DNA of 64,000 nt from an uncultured Chloroflexia bacterium (lineage in GTDB: Bacteria > Chloroflexota > Limnocylindria > QHBO01): assembly GCA_963720505.1 (NCBI GenBank), contig CAVRFT010000002.1, positions 205,478-269,477 on the forward strand. The letters run 5' to 3'. This document shows positions 9,926 to 19,457 of this stretch, piece by piece. Every line of letters begins with the position of its first letter. Within the stretch, counting starts at the first letter, position 1. The notes beneath the pieces are model-generated. The model saw only the letters and a list, made by a program, of their open reading frames with translations, searched no databases and had not been told where the DNA came from. The position numbers and the translations under genes are program-made.

Positions 9926-11191
9926 ATGCACATCGGAATCGTGTCGACCCGGCTGGCCGGCGTGGACGGCGTCACTTTCGAGGCGACCAAGTGGGAGATG
10001 GCGCTCGAGCGCATGGGCCACGAAGTCTTGATGTGCTCCGGGGCGGTGGATGCGTTGCGGACCGACGCCCGCCTGGTGCCGCCGATGCATTTCGCCTGGC
10101 CGCCGGCCGCGCGCGTTACCGAGGCGGCCTTCGATCCCGAGAGCGATCCCGGCCGCGGTGCGCGCGCGAGGTCAGCCGGCTGGCCGACCTGCTGGTGCCG
10201 GTGCTCGATTATTGGATCGATTCCGAACGGATCGAGCTGCTGATCGTCGAGAACGCGTGGGCCATCCCGATGCACCTGCCGCTGGGCGTGGCGCTGCGCC
10301 GGATCGTCGAACGACGCCAGATGCCCGCCATCGGCCATCACCACGACTACTGGTGGGAGCGCAGCCGCTTCGAGGGCTGCGTGGTGCCGGACGTGCTGGA
10401 CGAGGCCTTTCCGCCGGACCTGCCGACCGTCCGTCACGCCAGCATCAACTCGCTCGCCGCGGGCGAGCTGCGTCGCCGGCGCGGCATCGAGTCCATGGTG
10501 GTGCCGAATGTCTTCGACTTCGAGCGGCCCCGGCCGCGCCCGCATCCGGCCGTGCGGCGCCGGATGCGCGCCGAGCTGGGCATGGACGAGCATGGCCTGC
10601 TGGTCGTGCAGCCGACCCGGGTGGTGCCCCGCAAGGGCATCGAGCTGGCGATCGACCTGGTCGGGCGGCTTGGCGACCCGGAGTCGGTACTGCTCATCAC
10701 CTCGCCGGCCGGCGACGAAGGGCTCGACTACCTGCTGGAGCTGGAGCGCCAGGCGGAGACCGCCAAGGTCCGGCTGCGGTATGCGGCCGATCGTTTCGAG
10801 CCTGACCTGGAAGGCAAGCCGGTGGGCCCGGCCCACACCCTCCACGACGCCTACCTGGCCGCGGACCTGATCACCTATCCCAGCCTGTACGAGGGCTATG
10901 GCAACGCCCTGATCGAGGCGATCTTCTATGGCAAGCCGGTGGTGGTGAACCGCTACTCGGTGTACGTGGCCGACATCGCGCCGCTGGGCCTGGAGTTCAT
11001 CGAGATCGACGGCGAGGTGACCGATGCCACGGTGGCCGCAGGTGCGGCGCGCCATCGCCGATCCGGACCGCCAGGCGCGCATCGCATCACGCAACTTCGA
11101 GATCGCGCGCCGACGGCTCTCCTACAAGGTCCTGCGGCGTCGTCTGCGGCGGCTGCTCGGGGAGGTCGAGGGCGGCGTCACCGGCGGCTGA
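9926..11191 (+). CDS. GT4-family (GT-B, retaining) glycosyltransferase (two frame breaks, ~10160 and ~11045)
   Basis: Frames run 9926..10243, then 9880..11265, then a third frame ending at TGA 11189-11191 (..QVRRAIADPDRQARIASRNFEIARRRLSYKVL..). The N-terminus is MHIGIVSTRLAGVDGV, there is a HHHDYWWER motif, and the C-terminal E-x7-E motif is YEGYGNALIEAIFYGKPVV. The acceptor/donor specificity cannot be determined from the sequence. Confidence 0.7.
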
Positions 11192-12092
11192 TCAGGCCAC
11201 CAGCGCGTAGATCCGGTCGCGGACCTCTTCGAGGTCGACCTCGGGCGTTGACGTTCCGCCGGTGATCCCGATCCGCGCCTTCCCCTCCAGCCACGAGGCG
11301 TAGTCGGTGGCGCAGCTCGTCGGCGTCGGCGACGTGGATGGTGTCATCGCAGATCTCGCGGCACTTGACGGCCAGCTCCTTGGTGTTCGAGGAGTTCTTG
11401 CCGCCGACCACCACCATGGCGTCGACATCGGCCGCGAGCTTCACGCTGTCGTCCTGGCGGGTCAGCGTGACCGGGCAGACGGTGTTGACCACCCGCAGGT
11501 CGTGGCATCGGCGCAGGCAGAAGGCAGCGAACTCCTCCAGCTTGTGCGGCAGGATGGTCGACTGCGACAGCACGCCCAGCTTCTTGGTGCGCGGCACGCG
11601 CTCCCAGGTGGACCGATCCATGTCGTCGACCACGACGTGCTTGTCGCCGGCGTACGAGCGCACGCCCTTGACCTCCGGATGGTCCTCGTGGCCGATGATG
11701 CAGACGGTGTAGCCGTCCTCCGCCAGCTCGCGCGCGGCCTTCTGCGACTGCAGGACCCAGGTGCAGGTGGCGTCGATGACCTCCAGCTCGCCTGAGTCCT
11801 CGGCCTTGGAGCGCAGCTTCTCCATCTCGGAGGCCGGGACGCCGTGGGCACGGATGACCAGGGTGCCGCCCTCGACCTGGTCGGCGAGGTCGGCGGTGCG
11901 GATGCCGCGGTCCGACAGATCGGCCTTGATGCCGGGGTTGTGCACCAGCTGGCCGAGCGTGGTCACGTCGTGGCCCTGCTCGCGGGCGTGCTTGGCCTTG
12001 TCGATCGCCAGGCGCACGCCATAGCAGAAGCCGGCGCGCTCGGCGATGCGCACCTCAGGACGCGTCGTGGCTGCGGTCGTCATCGGTTTCAT
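11192..12092 (-). CDS. ispH: 4-hydroxy-3-methylbut-2-enyl diphosphate reductase (one frame break ~11310)
   Basis: Motifs seen are GFCYGVRLAI, VHNPG, ATCTWV, NTVCPVT and VVGGKNSSNT, including the three conserved Cys. The C-terminus (..TDYASWLEGKARIGITGGTSTPEVDLEEVRDRIYALVA) is in ORF 11192..11428. Confidence 0.88.
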
Positions 12093-12140
12093 TCTATCGG
12101 CGGAGCGCGTTGGGGCCCGATGCGTGCCCAGGAGGCAGGC

Positions 12141-12854
12141 TCAGACGGCGTCGCCCACCTGCGCCACTGCGTCCTCCGCGACCGGGTCCGCCGGCTGCGC
12201 GCTTGGCCCGCCCCAGCGCCCACGCTGCTCCGCCGGCAGCAGGGCGGCGATCGCCCGCATGATTGTGTCCGTCCCCGCGCGCAGCGCGGCGCGATCGAAG
12301 CCTTCGGCCTGCACTGGCAGGCGGAAGGTGGGCCCGATCCGGATGGTGACCTTCGACCGCCGCGGTATGAGGCGGCGGTCGCGGAAGATGTGCTGCGTGC
12401 CGGCCACCCCAACCGGCACGATCGGCACACCGGTCCGCATGGCCAGCAGCGCCGCGCCGGCGCGTCCCTCGGCCAGCCTGCCGTCGCGGCTGCGCGTCCC
12501 CTCCGGGAAGACACCCAGCGCCCCGCCCTGCTCCAGGGTGGTCAGCGCGAGGCGCTGCGCCGACCGATCCCCCGCGCCGCGGCGCACGAAGATGACCCCG
12601 GAATCGCGAGCCAGCAAGCCGGCGACCGGCCAGCTGCGCATCTCCTCCTTGGCCATGAAGTGGACGATGCGTCCGGTGCGGTGCCCGACCGCCCAGCCGA
12701 CGGTCGGCGGGTCCAGGTTCGAGCAGTGGTTGGCGACCACCAGCATCGGGCCGGTGCGCGGGACGTGCTCCAGCCCATCGACGCGTACCGGCCCGACCAC
12801 CCAGAGCAGCCAGCTGGTGACCACCGCGCCGGGGTGGAAGACCCACGTTCCCAT
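12141..12854 (-). CDS. plsC: 1-acyl-sn-glycerol-3-phosphate acyltransferase
   Basis: This is a 237-aa segment starting at ATG 12854 inside track ORF 12141..14402. It has the acyltransferase HX4D motif (ANHCSNLDP) and FPEGTRS. Its start overlaps the cmk stop by 1 nt (TGATG). Confidence 0.85.
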   Translation of the reverse strand: MGTWVFHPGAVVTSWLLWVVGPVRVDGLEHVPRTGPMLVVANHCSNLDPPTVGWAVGHRTGRIVHFMAKEEMRSWPVAGLLARDSGVIFVRRGAGDRSAQRLALTTLEQGGALGVFPEGTRSRDGRLAEGRAGAALLAMRTGVPIVPVGVAGTQHIFRDRRLIPRRSKVTIRIGPTFRLPVQAEGFDRAALRAGTDTIMRAIAALLPAEQRGRWGGPSAQPADPVAEDAVAQVGDAV

Positions 12855-13553
12855 CAGTCCTGGACCGATGCGGCCGCCGCCGCGGCCGTCGCGGCGGCTC
12901 GCGCGGGCAGGTGACGGATGATCTCGTCGACCGATGCGTCCACGCTGAGCTCGCCGGTGTCGATCACCAGCGCATCGTGCGCCTTGCGCAGCGGGGCCAC
13001 CGCCCGCTCGGAGTCGGCGGCGTCCCGTTCCTCGATCTCGTGCAGGTAGCGTTCGAAGCGGTCCTGGCGGCCCATCTCGGAGGCGCGCCGCGCGGCCCGC
13101 ACGGCGGCACTGGCGGTCAGGAAGACCTTCAGCGTGGCGTGTGGCAGCACCACGGTTCCGATGTCGCGTCCGACCATCACCGTGTCGCGCCGCCGCGCCT
13201 CGCGGCGCTGCAGGCGGAGCATGGCCCGGCGCACCGGCGCGTGGCGGCTGACGCCGCTCACCGCCCGGTCGACGCGGGGCGTGCGCGCCTCGTTGGTCAC
13301 GTCGCGTCCAGTCGAGCAGCACCGTCTCGCGGCGACCCTCCTGGTCGGGCCGCGGCCGCTCGACCGTGATCGTCACGTCCTTCGCCAGCCGGCCGAGCGC
13401 CTCGCCGTCGTCGGGCGAGATGCCGCGCTCCAGCGCCGCCAGGGTCAGCGCCCGATACATGAGCCCGGTGTCGACGAAGGTGGCGTCGATCCGCTGCGCC
13501 AGCGCGTAGCCGATGGTGCTCTTGCCGGAGCCGGACGGCCCGTCGATGGCCAC
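12854..13553 (-). CDS. cmk: cytidylate kinase (one frame break ~13300; 5' end unresolved)
   Basis: It has the P-loop AIDGPSGSGKST and ..VMVGRDIGTVVLP... The N-terminal part is in ORF 12141..14402 and the C-terminal part in ORF 12854..13300. No ATG and no in-frame stop separate it from rluB. GTG 13553 is the nearest start candidate. Confidence 0.78.
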
Positions 13554-14369
13554 CGCCAGCGGCCCATCCGCGGTCCCAGCCTCGCGCCGCGGTCCGCGCT
13601 CGCGCGGCGGTCCCGGCGCCTGGCCCACCAGCCGTCGCACCTCGGTCGCGGTCAGCGGGCGCCACTCCCCGACGGCACAGGCCGCGGATGGTGAGCGGGC
13701 CCAGTCGGACCCGGACCAGCCGCGTGACCCGCAGCCCCACGGCGGCGAAGAGGCGCCGCACCTCGCGCTTCCGTCCCTCGCCCACGCGCGCGCGCAGCCA
13801 ATGGCCGGCCTCACCGGGCTCGCGCGCCACTTCCCGAGGCGGCGCCGCGGGGCGGGCGGTGAGCAGGCGCGCCGGCCCGTCATCCAGCTGGACGCCGTCC
13901 AGCAGCGCCACCAGCTCGTCCGGGTGTGGGGCACGCTCGAGCAGCACGGCGTACTCGCGCTCCATGGCGTAGCGAGGATGCAGCAGGCGATTGGCCCACG
14001 CCGCCGTCGTTGGTGAGCACCATCAGCCCCTCGGAGTCGACGTCCAGCCGTCCGGCCGGCCACAGGCGGGCGCTCGGAGGCGACATCGGTCCCATCCAGC
14101 AGCCGCACCACGCTCTGCCGCCCGCGCTCGTCCTGCGACGACGACACGTAGCCGCGCGGCTTGTGCACGGCGACATGGATGGCTTCCTCCGCCTGCCCGA
14201 TGGGTCGGCCATCCACCGCGATGGCATCGGTCTCGGGGTCGGCCGACTGGCCGACCTGGGCCACCTGGCCGTTGACCGTCACGCGCCCGTCGCGGATCAG
14301 CGTCTCGGCGCCGCGACGGGAGGCTACCCCGGCTCGCGCGAGCGTCTTCTGGAGGCGCTCAGCCGGCAT
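13554..14369 (-). CDS. rluB: 23S rRNA pseudouridine synthase RluB-type (at least 3 frame breaks ~14100, ~13965, ~13690)
   Basis: It has an S4 domain (RLQKTLARAGVASRRGAETLIRDGRVTVNG). The catalytic motif PAGRLDVDSEGLMVLTNDG is in ORF 13880..14227. The stretch ..EREYAVLLE..REVRRLFAAVGLRVTRLVRVRLGPL is in ORF 13297..13965. It then returns to the first frame (..GEWRPLTATEV..). At ~13690, deleting the T in CTG-T-GCC restores ..IRGLAVGEWRPLT... The 3' end is not defined by a stop codon. Confidence 0.78.
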
Positions 14370-14949
14370 CCGCCGGCTCGCCCGGCACCGCCTCAGCGGC
14401 ACCGTCCTCCAGCGCGGTCAGCGCCGTCAGGGCGGCGGCCTCGCTGGTGAGCGGCGGCAGGTCGTCCAGCGAGGTCAGCCCGAAGCGCTCCAGGAAGGTG
14501 AAGGTGGTGCCCAGCAGGATCGGGCGGCCCGGCGTGTCGCGCCGCCCGACCTCGACGATGACGCGGCGATGCAGGAGCGAGCGCACCACGTAGTCCGAGT
14601 CCACGCCGCGCACCCGATCGATGTCGGCCCGCGTGCAGGGCTGGCGATAGGCGACCACCGCCAGCGCCTCGAGCGCGGCCGGCGTGAGGCGCGTCTCCTG
14701 GCGCGCGGCGTACGCGGCCAGCCGGCTGCCCAGCTCCGGCGCGGTGACCAGCTGCCACTCCTCGTCCATGCGCTGCAGGCGCAGCCCGCGGCCGTCGTCC
14801 TCCAGCCGCTGCCGCAGCTCGCCCAGGGCGGCCTCGACCTGCAGGCGCGGCACCTCGGCCAGCTCCGCCAGCTCGGACGTGGCCAGCGGCCGCTCGGCGA
14901 TGAAGAGCAGCGCCTCGAAGTAGGCGGCCAGGTCGTGCGCGTCGCTCAT
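14359..14949 (-). CDS. scpB: segregation and condensation protein B
   Basis: This is a 196-aa segment starting at ATG 14949, with a 1-nt overlap with the scpA stop. Motifs seen are EALLFIAERPL, LEALAVVAYRQPCTRADIDRVRGVDS and GRPILLGTT. Confidence 0.85.
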   Translation of the reverse strand: MSDAHDLAAYFEALLFIAERPLATSELAELAEVPRLQVEAALGELRQRLEDDGRGLRLQRMDEEWQLVTAPELGSRLAAYAARQETRLTPAALEALAVVAYRQPCTRADIDRVRGVDSDYVVRSLLHRRVIVEVGRRDTPGRPILLGTTFTFLERFGLTSLDDLPPLTSEAAALTALTALEDGAAEAVPGEPADAG

Positions 14950-15702
14950 CACGCGTTCCCCGTGCCGATCGGCCGCAGCACGATCGGCCCGAACAGCTCG
15001 TCCTGCTGCACCGTGGCCTGCCGCCGCCGCACCAGCTCCAGCATGGCCAGCACGGTGACCGCGATCTCGGTGCGGCTCTGGCAGCCGGCCAGGACCCGCT
15101 GCAGGACCACCTGCCCGGCGCGGCCCATGGCGCCACGCAGCGTCGCGATCTGCATGGCGATGGTCACCTCGCGCGCCACGATCTCCGGCGGTGCCGGGGC
15201 CGGCTCGGGGATGGCCGCCAGGCGCTCCAGGGCCTCCGACAGCAAGGACGGTCGGCATCGGCTCCACCGGGGCCTCCGGCAGGTCGGCCTCGCGCGGCTC
15301 GCGGCGGTAGGCCGGCCGGGCCATGTCCCACTCGCCGAGCACGCGCGAGGCATCGCGCAGCGCCCGGTACTCGACCAGGCGGCGGCGCAGCTCGTCCTCG
15401 TCGGGCTCTTCCTCGGCCAGCAGGCCGGCCGGCAGCGCGTCACCGGGCAGCAGGCGCCGCGACTTGAGCAGGATCAGCTGGGAGGCGATCGCCACGAAGT
15501 CGGCCAGCTCGTCGGCCGGCACCGGATGGTTGGCCAGGTGCTCGACGTAGGCATCGGCCATGGCGGCCAGCGGCACCGTCAGCACGTCCAGCTGGCGCGA
15601 CTCGATCAGCTGCAGCAGCAGGTCGAGCGGGCCGGCGAAGACCTCCAGCCGCAGCTCGAACGGCTGCGGCTCGACCTCGATCGGGATCGGCTCGAGTGGC
15701 AT
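14949..15702 (-). CDS. scpA: segregation and condensation protein A (one frame break ~15250)
   Basis: The N-terminus FAGPLDLLLQLIESRQLDVLTVPLAAMADAYVEHL.. is in ORF 14359..16104 from ATG 15702. The C-terminus ..LLSEALERLAAIP..TEIAVTVLAMLELVRRRQATVQQDELFGPIVL is in ORF 14949..15443. One extra C after GTC explains the shift. Confidence 0.82.
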
Positions 15703-15707
15703 CGCGC

Positions 15708-16202
15708 TCAGGATGCCTCGTCGGCGGAGGCGAAGGCGGCCGCCAGCGACGCATCGGCCTCGGTCGCGGTGCCCCGGATGAAGGCAACCGTGCGCGCGGA
15801 GCAGCCCGCCGCGCCCGCGGCATCGGCCGACAGGTCCGCGTGGTGGAGGTACAGGTGGAACGGATATCGCCACGACTGCGGGTCCGGATGACGCCAGGCG
15901 CTCGCAGCTGGCTCGGCGCCAGCGCCTCCAGCAGCACGCCCGGCGACCCGGTGCCAGAGGCGCATGCGATGGCCCTTGGCCGCGTCGTGCAGCAGCGCGG
16001 CCGCCAGCAGGTCCGGATCGTCCACGCCGGCGGCCATCAGGCGTCCCACCACGTCGAGTGCGTGGCGGCGGTCCGCCACCGGCATGGCCGCGAACAACGG
16101 CCACGCCGCATCGGGCAGCAGGCGGCGGGCGGTGGCTGTCTCGGCCGGCGTGACGCTGGCGCGCACGTGCCCAAGGAACTGCTCGACCCGATGCATCGTC
16201 AA
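15708..16202 (-). CDS. HD-domain protein (putative metal-dependent phosphohydrolase)
   Basis: The ..ALLHDAAKG.. HD motif is present and the later sequence is helix-rich. The central stretch RAAGGAGAEPAASA may be a short out-of-frame patch, because the alternative frame reads VLLEALAPS... The start is TTG 16202 or ATG 16196. Confidence 0.55.
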   Translation of the reverse strand: MTMHRVEQFLGHVRASVTPAETATARRLLPDAAWPLFAAMPVADRRHALDVVGRLMAAGVDDPDLLAAALLHDAAKGHRMRLWHRVAGRAAGGAGAEPAASAWRHPDPQSWRYPFHLYLHHADLSADAAGAAGCSARTVAFIRGTATEADASLAAAFASADEAS

Positions 16203-16857
16203 CCAGGCCCCAGACGCCGGTCAGCAGGAGCGGTGATGGTGTTGGCCGCCGCGAAGAGCCAGCCCAGCGGATCCACCCCGCCGGCGCCCAGCCGCGGCAG
16301 CAGCACCAGCAGGAGCAGGACGATCACCCCGTACTGCGCGTAGCGCTGCACCTGGTAGGCGACGTTGGCGGGCAGGAACGGCAGCACCAGGTTGTAGCCG
16401 TCCAGGGGCGGGACCGGCAGCAGGTTGAAGAGGCCCAGGATGACGTTGAACTGGACGATCGCGAACAGCAGCTGCCAGACGAAATCGGATGGGCTGTCGG
16501 CGACGCCGGACAGCACAACGCCGCGGAATACGACGGCGGCGACCGAGGCGACGACCAGGTTGGCCAGCGGACCGGCGGCCGCGACGTAGGCCATGCCGAA
16601 GCGGCCGGGACGCAGCGCATAGGGATTGACCATGACCGGCTTGCCCCAGCCGAAGCCGGCGATCAGGAAGAAGATGGCGCCCATCGGGTCGATGTGGTCG
16701 GTCGGGTTGAGGCTGACCCGGCCCATGGCGCGGGGCCGATGGTCGCCCAGCTGATCGGCCACGAACGCGTGCATGAACTCGTGGAAGGTGATGCCCACCA
16801 CCAGCGCCACCAGCAGCCCGATCAGCTGCGGCGGGCATCCAGCCGGGCGAACAGCAT
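16199..16857 (-). CDS. M50-family (site-2 protease-like) membrane metalloprotease (frame break ~16835)
   Basis: It has HExxH (ITFHEFMHAFVADQLGD) and NLLPVPPLDG motifs and is multi-TM. The probable ATG at 16857 lies directly after the punA stop (TAGATG), but it is in a different frame from the body. Confidence 0.72.
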
Positions 16858-17749
16858 CTAGACCAGCTCCGGCAGCAGCTCGCGCAGCACGCTGACCAGC
16901 CGAGCCGCCCCGATCGGCCCCATGGCCAGCACTTCCTCGTGGGTCACCTCGCCCACCATGTCGGGCGTGGCCTTGTTGGTGACCAGGCTGAAGCCCAGCA
17001 CCCGCACGCCCATGTGGCGCGCCACCAGCAGCTCGTGGACGGTCGACATGCCGACCGCGTCGGCGCCCAGCGTGCGGAGCATGCGCAGCTCCGCGCGGGT
17101 CTCGTAGGCGGGGCCGGACAGCATCAGGTAGACGCCCTCGCGCAGGGCCACGTCCTGCCCGCTCGCCGGCGGCCCGGGCGCGGGCGCGCAAGCCCTCGTC
17201 CCAGGCGTCGGCCATGGCCACGAAGCGCGGTCCGAAGCGATCCAGGTTCGGGCCCAGCAGCGGGTTCTCGCCGGACAGGTTGATGGTGTCGCTGATGATC
17301 ATCACGTCGCCGGGATCGAATTCGGGGTTCACGCCGCCGGACGCGTTGGTGAGCACCAGCGTCTCGATCCCCGAGCGACAGGACCGCGCGCAGCAGCAGG
17401 GTCGACTGGCGATGGCTCCAGCCCTCGTAGGGGTGCGCCCGGCCAGACAGGATCGCCACGCTGGCCTGCCCACGCCCGGCCGATCACCAGCTCGCCGGCG
17501 TGCCCCTCGACCTCCGAGCCGGGTACGTGCGGGATCTCGCGGATACGGGATGATCAGCCGATGGGCGGGCTCCAGCAGGTCGACCACGCCGCCCAGCCCA
17601 GAACCAAGCACGAAGGCGAGCCGTGGCATCGCGAGCTCCGGCTCGCCGTCCAGCCGCGCTCGGATGACCTCGGCGGCCTCGTCGATGCGGTGCTCGAGCT
17701 CCGCGCCGTAGAGCCCGTCGGGCAGCGCGCCCCGGCGGACCGGCTCCAC
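16858..17749 (-). CDS. punA: purine nucleoside phosphorylase, PNP-I family (at least 4 frame breaks in 0.9 kb)
   Basis: Motifs FVLGSGLGG, ..EIPHVPGSEVEGHAGELV.., LSGRAHPYEG, LTNASGGVNP, YLMLSGPAYETRAE and GADAVGMSTVHE are spread over ORFs 16199..17749, 17124..17459 and 16858..17151. Confidence 0.8.
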
Positions 17750-18550
17750 CTAGAAGCGCTCCAGCAGCTCGCGCTTCTTCGCCTCGTACTCCTCGGGGGT
17801 GATGAGGCCCTTGTCGCGCAGCCCGCCCAGGCTCTCCAGCCTGGCCGCGACGTCGCCTGACCCACCGCTTGCCGCCGCGGCGACGGCGGGAGCCGCCGGT
17901 GGCGCGGGAGCGGGCGCCGAGCGTGCCGTCGGCCCGCACCTCGGACACCTGGGAGGAGCCGGCGCGCGGCGCCATCGGCTCGGCCCGCTGCATCTCGGGC
18001 GGCGGCGCCTGGTGCTGGGCAGGGGCCGGTGCCAGATCGGGGAATTCGAGGCGCTCCTTCTGGTTCAGCATCGCCACCTTGAACTTCACCGGCTCGGCCA
18101 GCATCGGGAAGTCGTTGACCATGCCGGTCTCGGCCATTTCGGAGGCGGTCATGATGTCGAGGTGGCCGTAGTCGAAGATGCGGCCCAGCCAGCTCTGCGT
18201 CAGGCGAGCGTCGTTCACCTTCTCCAGGCTGGAGTCGCCCATCTGCTTGTTGAAGATGCCCTCGGACTTGATCACGCGGCGGTTGGTGATCAGGTACTCC
18301 TGGTTGCGCCAGGCCCAGATCTTCAGGCCGAGGAAGGCCAGCGACACGATCAGCAGCACCAGGGAAACGACCTGCACGCCGCCCTCGATGCGAGCCGAGG
18401 TCGCTGGAGGTGGCCCAGATCAGGACCGCCAGGACCAGGATGGCGCCCATCACGAACAGCCATGTCTGCGCCGAGCACCGCCAGCCAGTGCTGTCGGCTC
18501 TCGAAGACGACCTCCTCGCCGCGGCTCAGGAGGTTTCTCGCGTAGGACAT
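17750..18550 (-). CDS. membrane bPH2 (YdbS/YdbT-like PH) domain protein with C-terminal SHOCT domain (at least 3 frame breaks)
   Basis: The N-terminus MSYARNLLSRGEEVVFESRQHWL is in ORF 18350..18550. The TM pair and bPH core (EYLITNRRVIKSEGIFNKQ..SLEKVNDA) are in ORF 17484..18377. The C-terminal SHOCT (GDVAARLESLGGLRDKGLITPEEYEAKKRELLERF) lies in another frame ending at TAG 17750-17752. Confidence 0.6.
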
Positions 18551-18566
18551 CGGGCGTGCTCCGTCC

Positions 18567-19457
18567 TCAGGCTCTCGGGTGCGCCCTCGCGTACACCTCG
18601 CGCAGGCGCTCGCCGGTCAGGTGCGTGTAGAGCTGGGTGGTGCTGATGCTAGCATGGCCAAGGAGCGTCTGAACCACCCGCAGATCGGCGCCGCCCTCCA
18701 GCAGATGGGTCGCGAAGCTGTGCCGAAAGGTGTGCGGCGTGACGTGCCCCACCACCCCGGCCGCTTCCGTCCAGCGCCGCACCAGGCGCCAGACCGATTC
18801 GCGCGCCAGCCGTCGACCGCGCTGGCTCACGAAGACCGCCGGGGTCGGCTTGCCGGCCGTCCAGGTCGCGCGCGGACCGGCCAGGTACCGATGCATCCGC
18901 TCGCGCGCCGGCTCCCCCATCGGCACCCGCCGCTCACGGTTGCCCTTACCGATGACGCGGACCTGCAGGCCGTCCAGGTCGAGCCGATCGGTGTCCAGGC
19001 CGGTCAGCTCGCTGACGCGCAGGCCGCAGGCGTACAGCAGCTCCAGGATGGCGGCGTCGCGGATCCCCACCGGATCGTCCGGTGGCGCATTCAGGATCCG
19101 CTCCACCTCATCCGGATCCAGCACGTCCGGCAGGTAGCTGCCGGGCCGCGGGCTGTCGAGCAGGGCCGCCACGTCTCGCTGGGCGATCCCCTCGCGCAGC
19201 GCGAAGCCGTAGAAGCTGCGAATGGCGGCCACCTTGCGCGCCTGCGTGGACGGCTGCAGGCCGTCGCGGCGCAGGCCGTTGACGAAGCTGTGGACCGGTT
19301 CCGGGTCGGCGCGCCACGAGCTGCCGGCCACGGCAGCGAACTGCCCCAGGTCGCGCCGATAGGCCGCGATGGTCAGCGGTGAGAGGCCGCGCTCGACCTG
19401 CAGCTCGAGCAGGAACGCGTCGATCGCTTCGGTCAGGGCGGGATCGGGGCTCGTCAC
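18567..19457 (-). CDS. xerD: site-specific tyrosine recombinase XerD
   Basis: This is an intact 296-aa reading from GTG 19457, with a GTGA overlap with the recN stop. It has an N-terminal SAM-like core-binding domain (LSPLTIAAYRRDL..) and the catalytic region ..[43 protein letters not shown]. The xerD rather than xerC assignment rests on recN-linked synteny. Confidence 0.8.
   Translation of the reverse strand: MTSPDPALTEAIDAFLLELQVERGLSPLTIAAYRRDLGQFAAVAGSSWRADPEPVHSFVNGLRRDGLQPSTQARKVAAIRSFYGFALREGIAQRDVAALLDSPRPGSYLPDVLDPDEVERILNAPPDDPVGIRDAAILELLYACGLRVSELTGLDTDRLDLDGLQVRVIGKGNRERRVPMGEPARERMHRYLAGPRATWTAGKPTPAVFVSQRGRRLARESVWRLVRRWTEAAGVVGHVTPHTFRHSFATHLLEGGADLRVVQTLLGHASISTTQLYTHLTGERLREVYARAHPRA

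Noticed and set aside
12141-14402. 753-aa track ORF apparently fusing RluB, Cmk and PlsC
   Set aside because: The conserved motifs of rluB and cmk hop between three frames. plsC has its own ATG (12854) overlapping the cmk stop found in ORF 12854..13300. The long ORF is a by-product of GC-rich sequence lacking stops plus indels. Only the rluB/cmk junction remains ambiguous, and it is reported separately.
18567-19457. Tyrosine recombinases (this one and 53082..54069) as integrases marking a mobile element or prophage
   Set aside because: Both have the XerC/XerD-type N-terminal core-binding domain and sit in conserved chromosomal synteny (recN-xerD; dprA-topA-xerC). There is no attachment-site repeat, tRNA target, phage gene or transposase gene between or around them.
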